Shown here: piece after piece, positions 1 to 13,600 of the stretch
Layout of the letters: each line of letters begins with the position of its first letter
Position numbering within the stretch: the stretch's first letter is position 1
Origin: Raillietiella orientalis
Lineage: Eukaryota
Assembly (NCBI GenBank): GCA_036172245.1
Contig: JAYWIR010000018.1
Location: forward strand, 3,596,001 to 3,660,000
Length of the DNA: 64,000 nt
Reading direction: 5' to 3'
Notes under the pieces: model-generated
What the model was told of the DNA's origin: nothing
The model's input: the letters and a program-made list of their open reading frames with translations, nothing else
The model's database searches: none
Translations under genes and position numbers: made by a program

Positions 1-31
1 AAAAAACTTCTTTCACAAGCTAAAAGGATAC

Positions 32-3000
32 AAATTGAGGAATCACTCTGTGAAAGATGGAGTTTTGGAATCCAAAACCAAGTTCATGGGTGCATAAACA
101 ACGGAAATTCTCAGCTGTCTTGGGAGCAATGTCATAACGAAGAAGAATTGTGATTCGACCTGCAGCTACTTTACCAATTTTCATGTCCAGGTATACTTGA
201 ATATTTTTCTTCATCTTTTTAGCTATAGACTCATCCTATTTACTCACAAATTACTTTCTATAAACAAAATTGGCAAACATACCATCATGTCTATTTCCTC
301 AGATCCTTTTTTTGCTGAACTGTCATTTTCACTACCTTCCTTGTTTGAATTCTTCTCTGAATCTTCAATTTCCGCAGCTTTATCTTTCTCAATAGTAGCA
401 CCTGCGTATCTTTTGAGCCACTCGTCGTCTGCCCAAACAGGTCGAGAAGACCATTCTTTCAATTTAGGAGGTTTGGCTAAATTTACCCGAATTGTCCTGC
501 CGAATAATTCAGAGTCATTCTAAAAACAATTAAGAGCAGAAAAACAACTACATGAATAAAGTACAAACATTTATTAATGAAGTGAATGTTTCAACATCAT
601 CTTACACAAGAAATAATGCAAATGTTTCTGGTGTAGCAACATAGAAGATGTGATTTTATGTTGTGAATGAAACAAAATAAAAATAAAACAGCCTTGACAG
701 CAGAATAGATTACACCTATCACTTTGTGGTTTAAGTCATTCCCATAAAGTTATTATGAAATAGATGTTATGAACCAAGAAAATCTTGGATAAACTGGCAA
801 ATGTGAGCAACTGAATTATATTAGGAAATACTCAACAATAAACAGTTGCAACAGCTCACAGTTTCTAACTAAAAACAATTGAAAATTAATGCAGACCACA
901 CAATACTTTTGCAGTCAGTGCCATGATATAGGATTATTTATCCAAAAATCTATCTAAAAAATCTATCTTTTACAGGATTTTAACGAGTTGAAAAAAATCT
1001 GAGGAATATCAACATTCTATGAAAAAGAATGCAACAGTACCAGCACATTTGCACAAATAGTTTATAAACATATAATTGAAAATATATTTTTCATCCAATT
1101 TAAGCACAGCAGTTTAATAAACTGCTATTTTTCCAATAAAAAAATGCAAACTTTTAATGACGAATTGAACTTAATTTTTGTTTCACTTAAGAACAAGCTT
1201 CCAGCAACTCCCAATATGTAACTTACTAAAATTCTGAGAAAACATAATAAACATAATTTGAAATATAATATTTTTATGCGACTTAAAGCATCCTGAATAA
1301 TTCCTCATTAAATCATTAAACCTTTCTGACAAACCAATTTTTTGAACATTAAATGAATTATGATTGAACAATGAATTATGATTTTCTGAATATTTTTTCA
1401 GGCAGCACCCTTTTTCTTTATACAATAATACTTGATAGCGTGAATATGTTATTACTATTTTTCTTAATTCTATTCATTTTCTATAAGATCGTTAATTGTT
1501 TGGTTTCAATCAAGAATATCACTATGTGAAAATCACACAATGATATTCTTTAATTAAAGTAATTCTACGAACTAAAAAGAGTATAACATGTATAATAGTA
1601 ACATTAATGTTTGCAAGAACTTGTAGCTGCAAAACATCTATCCAAATCCTTATACTTTGTTTAGTTACAATGAAATGTTGATGCATATAAACAACATAAC
1701 ATTAATTTTGACAATAAAAAAATCAATACAAATGATGCTTGTTATTTATCTCAAAATTTATAAATTCATTGCAATAGAAATTTTGAAAAGCAACAATAGC
1801 ACCGAAAAAGACACAACTGTTTACCATGTTGTCAATAGCACTGAGTGCATCACCTGCTGTTTCATATTCAACAAAAGCAAATCCACGATGTTTCTCTGTC
1901 TCATAATCTAAGGGTATCTGAATATCTATGATATCTCCAAAAGGAATGAAAGCAGCATTTAGAATTTTCTCATCAACTTCTTCTGCTAATCCCCCTAATG
2001 AGAACAGATTACTAATTTCAATAAGAACAACAATAACATTATAATTACAATAGTGTAAATATATTTCAAGCATCACATGCATAAGAGAAAACTAGGATTA
2101 AAATACATCCATGTTAAGACTGCAAGACAAAGGTTGCATTTTATTATTCATTTTCACTATAAAATGTTTATTCACATTTACACTATCTTGCAAATAGAGC
2201 AAAACATGAGTTTATTCAAAATTTATACACTTTACAAATTCATTGCCAACATTCAGCAGTAGGAGCACATTATCTATTCTTTGAAATAATTATTCCAGAT
2301 TACTGTTTGGCAGCACAGATAATAACACTTATATTAGCTGATACTAACAAAATTTCGAGACATTGCTTCACTAAATATTAAACTGATCCACTCAGCACTT
2401 GCATTACTGTTTATAAATGCCATACCTCAAACAATAACTCAAAATGTAAATTAACTTGAACATAAATGCTTAAGCATTAATATTACAAATAATTTAGCAG
2501 ATCCATCTGAGGGTAATAAATGTAAAGACAAATTGGAGTTTAATTCACATTCATGAGAACAGTTTCCTAATTATTATGCTAATAAGTAATTTACAATAGG
2601 TGCATTCAAATTCTTTGATACACATACTACTAGCATTAATTGCAGAACAAGGCACTAATCATTCTTGACATTGAAAAAACAGTTTTGCAAGAAATCCTGA
2701 AATACTACTCTTATTTCAGAATAAATCAATAAGAACTACCACTTTTGCATAACACAGAAGAAATGCTTTGAAAAAAAGAATCATAAAATTGTTTGTCACT
2801 TTAGGGTAAACCAATCTACGAAGACCAAGAATTCTGACCAAGACTAAGAATGTACTGTAAGGTATAAAAAAGAGACAACAAGTCTCTAAAACCTCTGTAC
2901 CAATGCAAGTGCTTTACGAATTCTGAATAAATATGTACAAATTCACAACCTAAAAAGGCGCGTGACTGATTGATGATGAATTAGAAATTACTCACAAACC

Positions 3001-3452
3001 TATGGCATCAGTTATCAAGATAATCACCCTTATTTTTGCATCAGCATTAGAAAGTAAAAAGAAAAACACATATCCACAAAGCAATTTATCATGATGATTT
3101 CCCATACTACGTTGTATGGTAATACTACAGATCCTCAAATGCTATTCAGTATTCGAAGTCTTAGCAATTACAACGCCAATGCAACCTTTTGTACAAATGG
3201 TTCAATCATGAGGTTTGATTCGACTTTTATGGGATACTAACAACAAAGCTGACTTAAGAAAATTATAAATATTTACAAACTAAAGGATTTTTGAATTTTA
3301 ATGTACTTCCTTGATACGCTGATTGTACAGTTATCTGATTTGAGTGCTACACTTATAAATTTGACCTGGCATACATAACATTCCTCAGTGCCATTCAGTA
3401 CAAATCAGTCATTCTTACCAACGTAAACTGTTCGCTTTAAGTTGGTAGTCAT
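32..3452 (-). CDS. PPIE: Peptidyl-prolyl cis-trans isomerase E (cyclophilin-33; RRM + cyclophilin domain), 3' part outside window
   Basis: Exons 3452-3419, 1994-1825, 519-283, 235-32 join in frame at GT-AG boundaries: [55 protein letters not shown]...[17 protein letters not shown]...[10 protein letters not shown]...QVYLDMKIG...[32 protein letters not shown], the RRM-cyclophilin architecture of Cyp33. Confidence 0.96.
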
Positions 3453-4336
3453 CAGTACAAAAACGTTGTTAATCTGACTTAAATATGGTTATGATTTCGT
3501 TGGACGTGGGCAATATGACTTTCAGGACCTCCTCTTTGAACTCGGGCAGCCGGCACTACTACCACCACCGTGCAGTGCAAACGTGCGGTAGTCTAGGTTA
3601 CCGTTGCGCCAGGCTCATTGAAGTCACGAGCAACTCTAGCGTCGGATGCAAATTTAATAGTTAAAAGGATATTTTTCAGACAGGTAATTTTTTTTACCAT
3701 AGCATTCTTCGAAACAAGGATAGTTGCTTGCTGGACAATTCCAAGGCACACAAAATCCGTGTTTTGTGAGCACTTTATAACGTGATGCTATATTCTGTAT
3801 GGTATTCATATTACAGTTTTAAATGACAGAACACTATCACTTATAATTGTGATTTGTGTTTTCAGTAATTTGTTCTTTCTTTTTGTCTATGGAAAATGTT
3901 CATTTGAAAACTGTGATTATAAGTATCAGTTATACATTCAGAAATATGCAAACCTGTGTGACTATAGGATTCTGTGAGAATGAGCTCTATGACTTTAAAA
4001 CCAGGAATGTGTTAATCATGTGTTAATTGTTGACATAGTATGAATCAGTTTTTGGAATTCATGACGTGATATTTATTTTCATTTATTAATAATGTTGATA
4101 GTTAAAAATAAATATAGGATTAGTAATCATTCACCAAACTAGTACATTCTTTCTAATAAATGTTTGTGTTAGTGGGCAATAAGGTTTAAAAGATTAAAGT
4201 ATTTATGCAGTTCAAAAAAGTGACTTAGGAAGCGAACAATGAGTTTTTATTGGGTAATGGAGGTGTCTTTCTAGGAATTGTTCACGAATTAAGGCATAAA
4301 TTTTCATTTTTGGCAGCAAGAGTACTGGTACAAAGT

Positions 4337-7300
4337 ATGCTAAAATTGGTGCGAGAATATAATACGCTAGAAGAATGGAATAAGAAGACACATTTGTCAT
4401 GTGCTGGAGTGGAGAATGCTCAAAAAGAAAACGTGCACTTGCAGTACATTACATCCCTCTTAAGACAGCGACTGACTGTTGCCTCGGACTACTGGAACAG
4501 CAAAACCAAGGACGAACTCCATGACAGGTGGGGTTCTGTGCTAAAGGAATGGAGGGGGATGCGAGGGAGATTTGCACCCATTGCATGCTCCTCTTCAGGA
4601 ATCAATTTTTTTTTTTAATCATCACACTTGAGATCCATGCCATCTTTTTCAGTTCGTTTATTCTCTGCACACGAACAGTTCCTATGAGCCATTGCCAGAT
4701 TCCCATTGTTCGCATCAATAAATTAGTAATCCGCATCGATAAAACGTTTTGTCTTTCAAATTCATAAATTTCTCAAAGTTGAATTTTGAATAAGACTTGC
4801 ACCTGTTATTGAATTACCTGTAGTTATTTTTGTTACTTCAGCTTAGGAATCCACAGTATTATTATTGAAAACAAATTTTGTATCTACCTTTGTGCTGTTC
4901 GAAATCCTTTCCACATCATGATATTCTTGATGATTACATTGATAAATAATACAGATGCTGCATTAATCAGGGAAGGAAGTCTATAAGATAATTTTAGATA
5001 TATCCATCAAAAATTAAGACAAGTTTTCACATCAGTGGCATAATGTTTAACGCAAATGATTGTTTCGTTAACAACAATCGTTTCAGCACTTTGACAGAAC
5101 AAGTTCAAATTGTGATGATTCATTTCTCATTTGATGATTACGGTTTAGATTTGTGACGAACAATTATTATTCAAACGTCCATTTTCTTTTAATAAGGACT
5201 CTCACGTGAAGTCGTGAGCTACATGAAACATCTGTTTTTGAACTAACTTTTAAGTTGTTGACTTTAAGAGTTATCTTAAAGTTAACTTTTAAGAAAACAG
5301 CACGGTTTGTGCTTGTTATATCAGCGACACCAACATCACTTTTGCCACCATCTTCACATTACAGCAGTTTTTAGCACACTACACCAATTTCTCATTTCCT
5401 TAAAAATGAAATGTCCAAGGCCTATTCGAACTTCAGGCAATGAAAATTAAAAGGAAATGAGAAATCATCGAATGTTTGCAAAATAAAACATACTTTCAAG
5501 GTAGCTTTGCACTTGTTTTAAAATGATGTTTGTTACAGTGTATGTATTTGAATGTTCGAATGTGCTGTTGGAATCGATGGATAGTATAATGAAAATAACG
5601 AACAAAAATGTTTGAATTCCATTGCACGTTTTCATATTTTTCTTCCTTTTCCTGCAGTTTTTTTTTTTTTTCCTTCTGGTCAGTTCAAAGTAGCGTTAAG
5701 TGAAAATTTTTCAAGTTCCTTACATTTATCTTTTCATACTTATAAGGAATGTTTGCATGCATAGCAGGGAAAGAAAGGAAAGGAAAAAAAAGATCGCCAG
5801 ATAAATACATTATATAACAATTTCATTGGAAAAACGACGCATGATGGCGAATTTGTTAATTCACAAATATTATCGTAAACGTAACCTCAGCTTCACAACT
5901 TAATGAAATATGCGTATATCATAATTTATTTTCAGGATTAGAGACGTAAACATGTGCATTTCACACATCAAGCATTATCACAAGGTTCTAAGTAGTGAGA
6001 TTGAGCTTATGGAAAGATTTAAAAAAAAAGCAAGATCCTTCATTGAACAATTATTTGACCCATATACAGCATGTGTGGAAGTTTTAGAAGTACTAAATTG
6101 CAAGCAGGACCCTATTAAAAATTACATGGAAAAATACATACAGGAAGTAATGTTGTTTAATTCGAAGGCAAAGTATTTATACCATTTCAGGAAATCCGTA
6201 CTATTCTTCATCATAAGAATCATTTGGCTGATCTCGTATCACAAATATGGAAGTTTTCTCTATCATTAGAAGTGTTTTTAGGTTTCCTTGATATTCACCT
6301 ACAGGATAAAACTGAAGCAGCTGGAATTGATCTGGAGCAAATTTCTTTGCAAAGTTCTTCTTTAGGAGTATCTCGAAAATTCAACGTCGTTGGAGTCCAA
6401 TTTAGGTATGTATACAGTCTGCTCTGAAGCTGATTCTTTTTTAAAAATAACTCACTGGTTATGTGGACAAAGGTAATAACTATTGAATTTGAGACTGGAT
6501 GGCGGTTCCTCAATTTCTTGATTTTATTCTAAATGGGAATTGGACAAATTTTTGAATGCCTTAAATTTGGATTTGTTTTTTTAATACCTTATAGTCGTTT
6601 GCAGGATTTTCATTTGCATTGGACATTGTCAAACTTCTTACAAACGCATTCGGTTCTAATTTTCTCAAGATCTTTAAAACTGTGGTAATCTGTAATACGG
6701 AAATATTTGTACTTTTAGTGAAGAGAACGCAATTATTTCAATTTTACTTTCAACAAACTTAAAGTTTAACCCTTTGCACTCCAAGCGATTGTGGACACGA
6801 CCGACCAGCAACTCAGCAGAATTTCGCAATCAAAAATATGACAAGCGATGGTTTTGCTTTGAGAAGAAAAAAATTATAATGCTGTTCATTCGTCAGGTGT
6901 TTCGCTGCGATTATTCTTTTTGCAAAGCTGTTGGTTTCTTCGATGATCCTCTTGACAAGCTCTTCTGTGAATGAAATATTCTATTGGTTCCCCAATGTTA
7001 GATGCAGTGTGCGGTCCAGTGACCCTGGGCGATACTGTAAAATGAATCCCTTTTGGAATTCTTTCTCTATCCCTCATATCGACCCCCATTCATCTTCCCC
7101 GAAAGAGTTTTCACTCTGAATAATTCCGAGTCTTCGTCGCCGTTTTGCAATAATTTCGCTGTCAATAGAACTAATTCCAGAATCTTCATCACTTGCACTA
7201 TCTTCAGATGCAACATTGATGATACAGTTAAACATCAGTTAAATTATCATCAACTGGGTATAAATGAAGTTCTTCACTTTCACTCGATTCAAAATTTTCA

Positions 7301-10300
7301 TAATCCCTTTCCTCTTTATCTCATATCTTGAGCAAATTGCTTTGCAACCGGCTGATGGCAATTAGAGAGCAACTTTTATAGAAAAGTCGAGGTCCTCTTC
7401 GAAAACGGACAAACTTTAAGAAATCATGGTTGCAACTTTACACTGTGTAACGTTTGCAGAGCAGTGATCTGTAACAGGAAACTGCTAGCGATCACGGAGC
7501 TTGTTGGCACTCACTTTGTATGCCGACGAACGGCATACAAAGTGAGTCCGTAATGTAAAGAATGCAGAAGAAACTGTGGTCCCCATCCCAACGCATCCAC
7601 AATGCGTAGAATGCATGTCCCCTCAGCGGAGCCAGCGGATCTGTGGCGCCATTTTGAATGTCCCCCTCAGCAGTGGAGTGCAAAGGGTTAAGATAGTTAT
7701 CCAATTTAATTAACGGATTATCTTTTAGTGGTACTCTTAGTGTTCATCCATATCATTATGGATATGATGTCACGACGGAGACATACATCATATGTTTATA
7801 GATCATTCTGTTTTGTGTTTGCACATGTGTGATTCTTCTACTGTCGAAAAGTAAACACTGGCAAAATGTTTGGACGGAATACGAATCTGCTGCAATCTTG
7901 CAATTGCTCCATTGAAAATTCGAAGATCAAGAGCAAGTAATCAACTTGCGTTGTTGCTTAGACAATAAAACAAAAAGCTTCGATATAAACAGATGGCCAA
8001 TGCTCGTAATTAAAAGGTGAGAGTTTTGTTTTTAATTCAGTGAAGAACGAGCAATTATTTTCTCCTATTGATAACATCAAAAAGAATGTAACACTAAAAC
8101 ATTAGCAATCAACATTGCAATTGGCCCTTGAGCTGTCATTGCGGATATCATGCTTGAAAATTAACGAACTTCAATGCTCTGCCTGCATCGAAAATTGCAA
8201 ATTAAAGGAAACTTGGATATCACAAGTATTCGAAACAAAAATAATAAAAACAAAATCAATCGAATATTATGGCTCATTTCTGGTAATTTTGGAAAGGCAT
8301 CCGTAAAATTATTGCTCTTAGGATTGACTATTAGGATGAGCTTGAAAAGCAGGTGTCATATAGTCTTGAATATAATGGTATTTGTGTTCAAGAATATTCA
8401 AAGCATTTGTACGAAGATGTACGAATACTTCGAATATTTTTGAATTGATTAGTACTCATGCAACGATGTTAATCTGTTCCCCTATTATTCAATCGAACCA
8501 AATAAACTGGAAGTGGTGCTGATTTTGGGTGAAATGCATGAATTATTTTTCAATGGCTTACGAATTCATATCGAAATTATAAATTCTGATAAATGGCAAC
8601 ATCAATCATTACATTCAGCAGGCAAAGATGATTTTCGAAGATCTTATAAACTTATCCAGAAGATGGACTTCGCCTCGATCCAGCCGGGCTGCTGTCAGCC
8701 AACGCACCAATTCGGCCGATGCTGATGGGCTCCGTGTACACAGTTGCAATCCATGAGCGAGTTGTGCTGCACCCTGAGCAGTATACCACGCCCTGTACGA
8801 CGAATTCTTCAGGAAAACAAACACGAAGTTGGAATTTTCGACCAGACTCGCCTTATTCTTTGGTTGGAATCTGTAAAATAATCTAAAGTTAAATAATTGC
8901 ACAATTCTAAATTACGATTTTTGGAAGGATACTACGGTCATAGCGGAAATGGAAATCCTGCCTAACGATGTCTCTCTGAAGTGTCTTGACGAATGTATGC
9001 ACTTCTAATCCTGGAGTAGTTTTCCCATTTTAGAGATCCACTATAAATTGGAACAGAGGGAATCATATGATGAAGTTTTTGATATCTATAAAAACGATTT
9101 CTGAAGTACGTTTGCATTTAAACGATGAACAAAACAAGTTGTTTCAAAACTTCGAAATAGGTTTATAGCCAGAAAAAAAATGTAATTTATTTTGCCTAAT
9201 GATGTACTGCAAGCACCGGAAGATCATTTTTATTTGAAGGAGATTAAGCAATAGTGGAAATTGCTTAATTCATTTTCTTTCCTATAAAAGTAATGCAACT
9301 CAACATCACTGTCTCTTCTTATCACACCGAACAGCAAAAAAGTGCAATTACTTTGACGTAAAGCATCAATAAAGCATCATTAGCGGAATGCTGCTTCGGG
9401 AAGAATCCAAACAATTTCTAAAAGTTTATGAACTTTCTGTAAGAATCATTATGGAAAGCTGCCCTGCATAGAAAATGAGTTTATTCCGATTGGTCCAATA
9501 ACGGAAGAAATTTTAATTGAGCTTTCAAGAAGGTTTTATTTAAATATGCCACCCAGTCTGAATAGACAAATGTGCTTTTCATTTGCGGTTTTCCATCTCC
9601 TATAAGACGAGTGATTGAAATCTTCCATCATGGAGAACTAGGAATGCATTCAAACAGTCGTTTTGCCAAGTAGAGGAGTCCTAGGTGTTGCGAATATTCT
9701 CACATGGTTCTCTTGTCGCCTTAAAGATCAGGAACTCTCAGCATGAAACGAGAGGCCATCCTTCAACAGAGAGCAATAAAATTGTCTCAAAACTGTGTAG
9801 TAATCGAAGGACGTTACCCAAATGATCTTAAGATGAATGGCCTTGACGCAGTATGTACACGATTTTCAATTGAATCTGTGGGATCTGCCACGAAAAAAGT
9901 AAAATCGACCAACTCTTCCTTCGAAAAATTATCGTGCTTAAGTAACAGAGCATGAAAAATCAGTTTTATCCCTCCTATTAATCATGAGCTCCCTGCAGAT
10001 CCATAACTCTGGCGCAGTGGACAAAAAACATGAGTGATCTTCAGGAAGAAATTGAGGCGAAGATGCAACTTTCCATCAAACTTCGTGAAAATTTAAATTC
10101 CGGGCTGAAAGATGCGGAGCATACTCTCGAGGATGTTGGAATCAGAACTGATTTTGCCTTCCGGAACCATTTGCACGAAACGAAGAAAAATATTGCTTCC
10201 CTGGGCTGGAAGCAGCAGCAGGTACGGTGATGCCCGAAACAGGAAAGTCAATTCCTTGTAACTAGTTATCGGAGAACTTTAAAAAAATGCAAAGAGAACT

Positions 10301-10691
10301 TGGAGAGCTGGAAACATGTTTGAACCATCAAGACGAAAGGCTGGAAGTAGCTGAAACTCGGCTGGAAAACCGTGGCATGAGACCACACGACGAAAACTGT
10401 GAAGATTCGGTCCAGAGGAGACTGAAGATGGAAATCAGAAACAGCGAAAGCGGTCGATCCCTCCTCGTTGTAGCTTCGAATGATACCAGGTAAGAGCTTT
10501 AGGTGACATCGAAATTTCAAATTTATTTTAGGAGTGCACTTAAAAGTACTCTTCAGTTGAAAGCTGCTGTTGAAAGTTGTATTTCGAAGAGAAGAGACAG
10601 GTTGCAAGAGGAAGAAAAGGCTTTCGCCTGTTTATCTGATAAGAGGAAATTGTTTTTCGAAAGTGTGAACCGAATTATGCACAGTTGCTGA
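4337..10691 (+). CDS. Tektin, Tektin-2/Tektin-B-like, divergent (about 407 aa)
   Basis: Exons 4337-4527, 5936-6146, 6191-6405, 9999-10221, 10266-10489, 10532-10691 join in frame with GT-AG (1224 nt). Tektin-like motifs: LEEW near the N-terminus, LHDRIRDVN, LQDKTEAAGID, SITLAQW, TDFAFR, LEVAETRLENRGMRPHDENCED (canonical RPNVELCRD). The start codon is inferred. Confidence 0.85.
6770..7687 (-). mobile_element. Internally deleted piggyBac-superfamily DNA transposon in tektin intron 3
   Basis: Perfect 14-bp TIRs CCCTTTGCACTCCA (6770-6783) and TGGAGTGCAAAGGG (7674-7687), with TTAA on both sides (6766-6769, 7688-7691). Minus-strand frameshifted transposase N-terminal remnant (PIEYF / FTEELVKRIIEETNSFAKK, about 6900-7090). 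Confidence 0.92.
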
Positions 10692-13600
10692 CAGGAAAAT
10701 CACACCGAGTGGGAAACGTCCATCAGTCGTATCCTTGTACTTAATTTACAGGGGGGTCGTCGTGCACAAAGTTTGCATGCGCGCTTTAGTATGTCGTCCA
10801 ACTATTTTTGTAGTGCCGAATAAATATCCATTTGAAGTGTACTTCGAAGTGCTTTGCTGTGTGAAATGCTGCCCCAACCAAGCTGGAAGCTGCGACCTGC
10901 TAACACTCGGACTCGGGAAGGGCAGCGAAATACTGCCTCGAGGGTGTACTTTAAATCTTATTAAAATGGATGAGAAAGGAGTCATGCAACCAACAAACTG
11001 ATTCTGGAAGAAAATAAATATGCAAACTATGTGGAAAGGTCGTTTGGATCGGTATCCTGAGCGAAATAATCAATTATCTTTGATGTGGCATTGAAAATGT
11101 ACCTCAAGTTCATCTTTCCTTGCAAAGTGAAACAGGAAACTGTTGACTTACATCCCCCGTGTTGGAGACCCCCAATCTCACTGGAAGCACCAAAGCTTAT
11201 TCTGTGAACCTTACGGTGTTCAAAAAGGAAAGCACTTTGTCCGAAAATCTGATTCCTTCAATGAAAACAACAGTTGAACCATAGTGACATCGAAAGACGT
11301 GAAAGGCCGTAATCACATTAAAATAACGGTCATTTCAGATTGCTTCAATTCATCTCCGATATGATAAATTCACTGCAGAAAGTGTGTCTTTCAAATGAAT
11401 TTGTTTCACAATAACTCTGAGGCTCCGTTTGGTTATACACTTGTAAATCGCGGCGGTAGTTTAGTGCATAAAAAAGCTCCCTTTGCATCCGTGTTCCAGA
11501 GTCTTCCGGAGAAAGTTATTTTTTGTCCCAATCCCATTTATTCCCTCGAGGACACTTATGCTATCGCCACGTTTCTTTTGCTATGTGTTTTTTCCGCCCG
11601 CATCAACTCTGTGAACGTATGGAAGCTGACTGTTCGGTTCCCATGTGCACGTCTCTTCTCCGTGTTTTCCGCTTCCCACCATCCATCCAATCGGCGATTG
11701 CTCCGTGCGTTCCAGCAGTTTCCACCGAATGGACCGGCAATCTCACAGAAGGGAATCGCGACCGCATCCACGACCTTCATGATATGAATTTCATGGATGC
11801 CATGAAGCACGAGCACTTTTCGGATTGCATGCAATCGGGTTGGCCTTTCTGTAGAATCAGCAGAGTAGAGCAGTGCACAGCATCAAGCAGCGAAGTAAAA
11901 TCAATTGGAGAAATGATGTTTTTCTGATTTTCAGATTTCATTATGTGCCTCTGCGTACGAACGAAAAAGAGAAAGTACAGTTTTTGTTAATCTATATATC
12001 AATTTGCACAATAGGCATATGTGTTCATTTTTTTCATAATCTTAAAAAAATACTCTAATCCATATATAATAGACATATTATTAATTACGGCAACATATAT
12101 AATAAACATATATTTATTTATGATCTTTGTAATATATATTAATCTATATGCAAATGTACATATACAAATGTTCATTATATCCATGTTAATGAATATGAAA
12201 CATGTATGTTAAAATGAATTTCCGTATGGATATATATATCCATATAAAGGTAGGTATGTATATTAACATGTAAATTGAACGTGCTTATTTTTATGATCAT
12301 TCGGACACAGCTCGTGAATTGCGTGGAAGTTTCGTACGCTCTTCCGGCATTGTACCAATTTGCCTCATTGCTCGGACGAAGCTTCTCGCTCTTTCTCTAA
12401 GGCAAACTTTGCAAAGCATCAGCTTTTTTTTTTTTCAAAAGGCTCGTATTTAATTTGCATGATGATCGTCGTGCTCTCCTTTCCGCCGCAGTTTGCTCCC
12501 AATGCAAAGACTCAATGGTTTTTCACAAATTCCGAAATCCGTGCAATTTCGCCGTGGCAATGAGAAAATTTGAACCAAATTTCAATGGAAATGGAAGGAA
12601 CATCGAAATGGAATGCATCCTAAAAAATTGGCGTTTTTTTCCTGCAATGGAATTCGAAAAATTTCCACGTCAAACAGTGCGAATGAACATTTCTCGATGT
12701 GTAATTAATCAGAATCCTAAAATGCTGGAAGGTGTTAAGTAAGTTTTCCACCTGAGATGCTAAAATGAAAACGATAAGAAATCTTAGTGGAACTTTGCAG
12801 AGCTTTCCGGAATTTTCGAAGGTGGGGGCAAAATGTACAAAATATCGATTCATTCATGTTCGATAAATTGGAATTCAGTGATAGTGAGTCTCTGCCTGCT
12901 TAGCAATGAAGCACGAGCAAAAACTGCGTCTTTTTCAAATTGGCAAAGCTATTGTAAATCTTTAACTACATTTAACAGAAATCACGAAGTGTCATCATCT
13001 CCAATTCCTCGAAAATAAGTTTCCTTATTGAATTCAAATATGCCTTCAAAATGCATCCATGGAAACATAATACTAATGAATTAACACTGTTTACAATTAT
13101 GTGTTCCGTTCAGTATTTTACTGCTATCCCTGATTCCAGTGCTTGAATCGCTCCGTGCTGCTGCCGTGAGCAGAAATCTGTGGTACGCCTATCTGCATCC
13201 ATGTGCTCGTCCTTGGAGTCCTTGGACATCCATTCCAGATGGATGTTTGCGGTTTTCTTCAGCGTCAGAATGGACCGGAACTGTCTGTTTTGTGTTGGGT
13301 AAACCAACTGCTCGAGGGCTGTCGGCTGTTCTCACAGAGTGCTCGTGGTACGGCAGCACAGACTCCGTGTCGTTGACTTCCTCTTTGGTACTGAGCAAAC
13401 CGCAGTGGAGCAGAGGAAGCAGAATGCGCCCAGTGAGAATTATTCTCTTGCAACAGATCCGACCGTTTCCGTCCACTTTCAGTGCCTCACGAAATTGGAT
13501 AGAAAACACGAAAAAGGTACTGATTCCAATTTCGTTCAAATTTCAATCGAATTCTCAATGGATTTCGAAAAGTCCCGAATGGAACGGGAATGGACTTCGT

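Noticed and set aside
5257..5286. 13-bp inverted repeat in tektin intron 1
   Set aside because: AT-rich and isolated, with no TIR/TSD context.
8615..8902. Possible nested antisense exon in tektin intron 3
   Set aside because: No recognisable homology and no partner exons.
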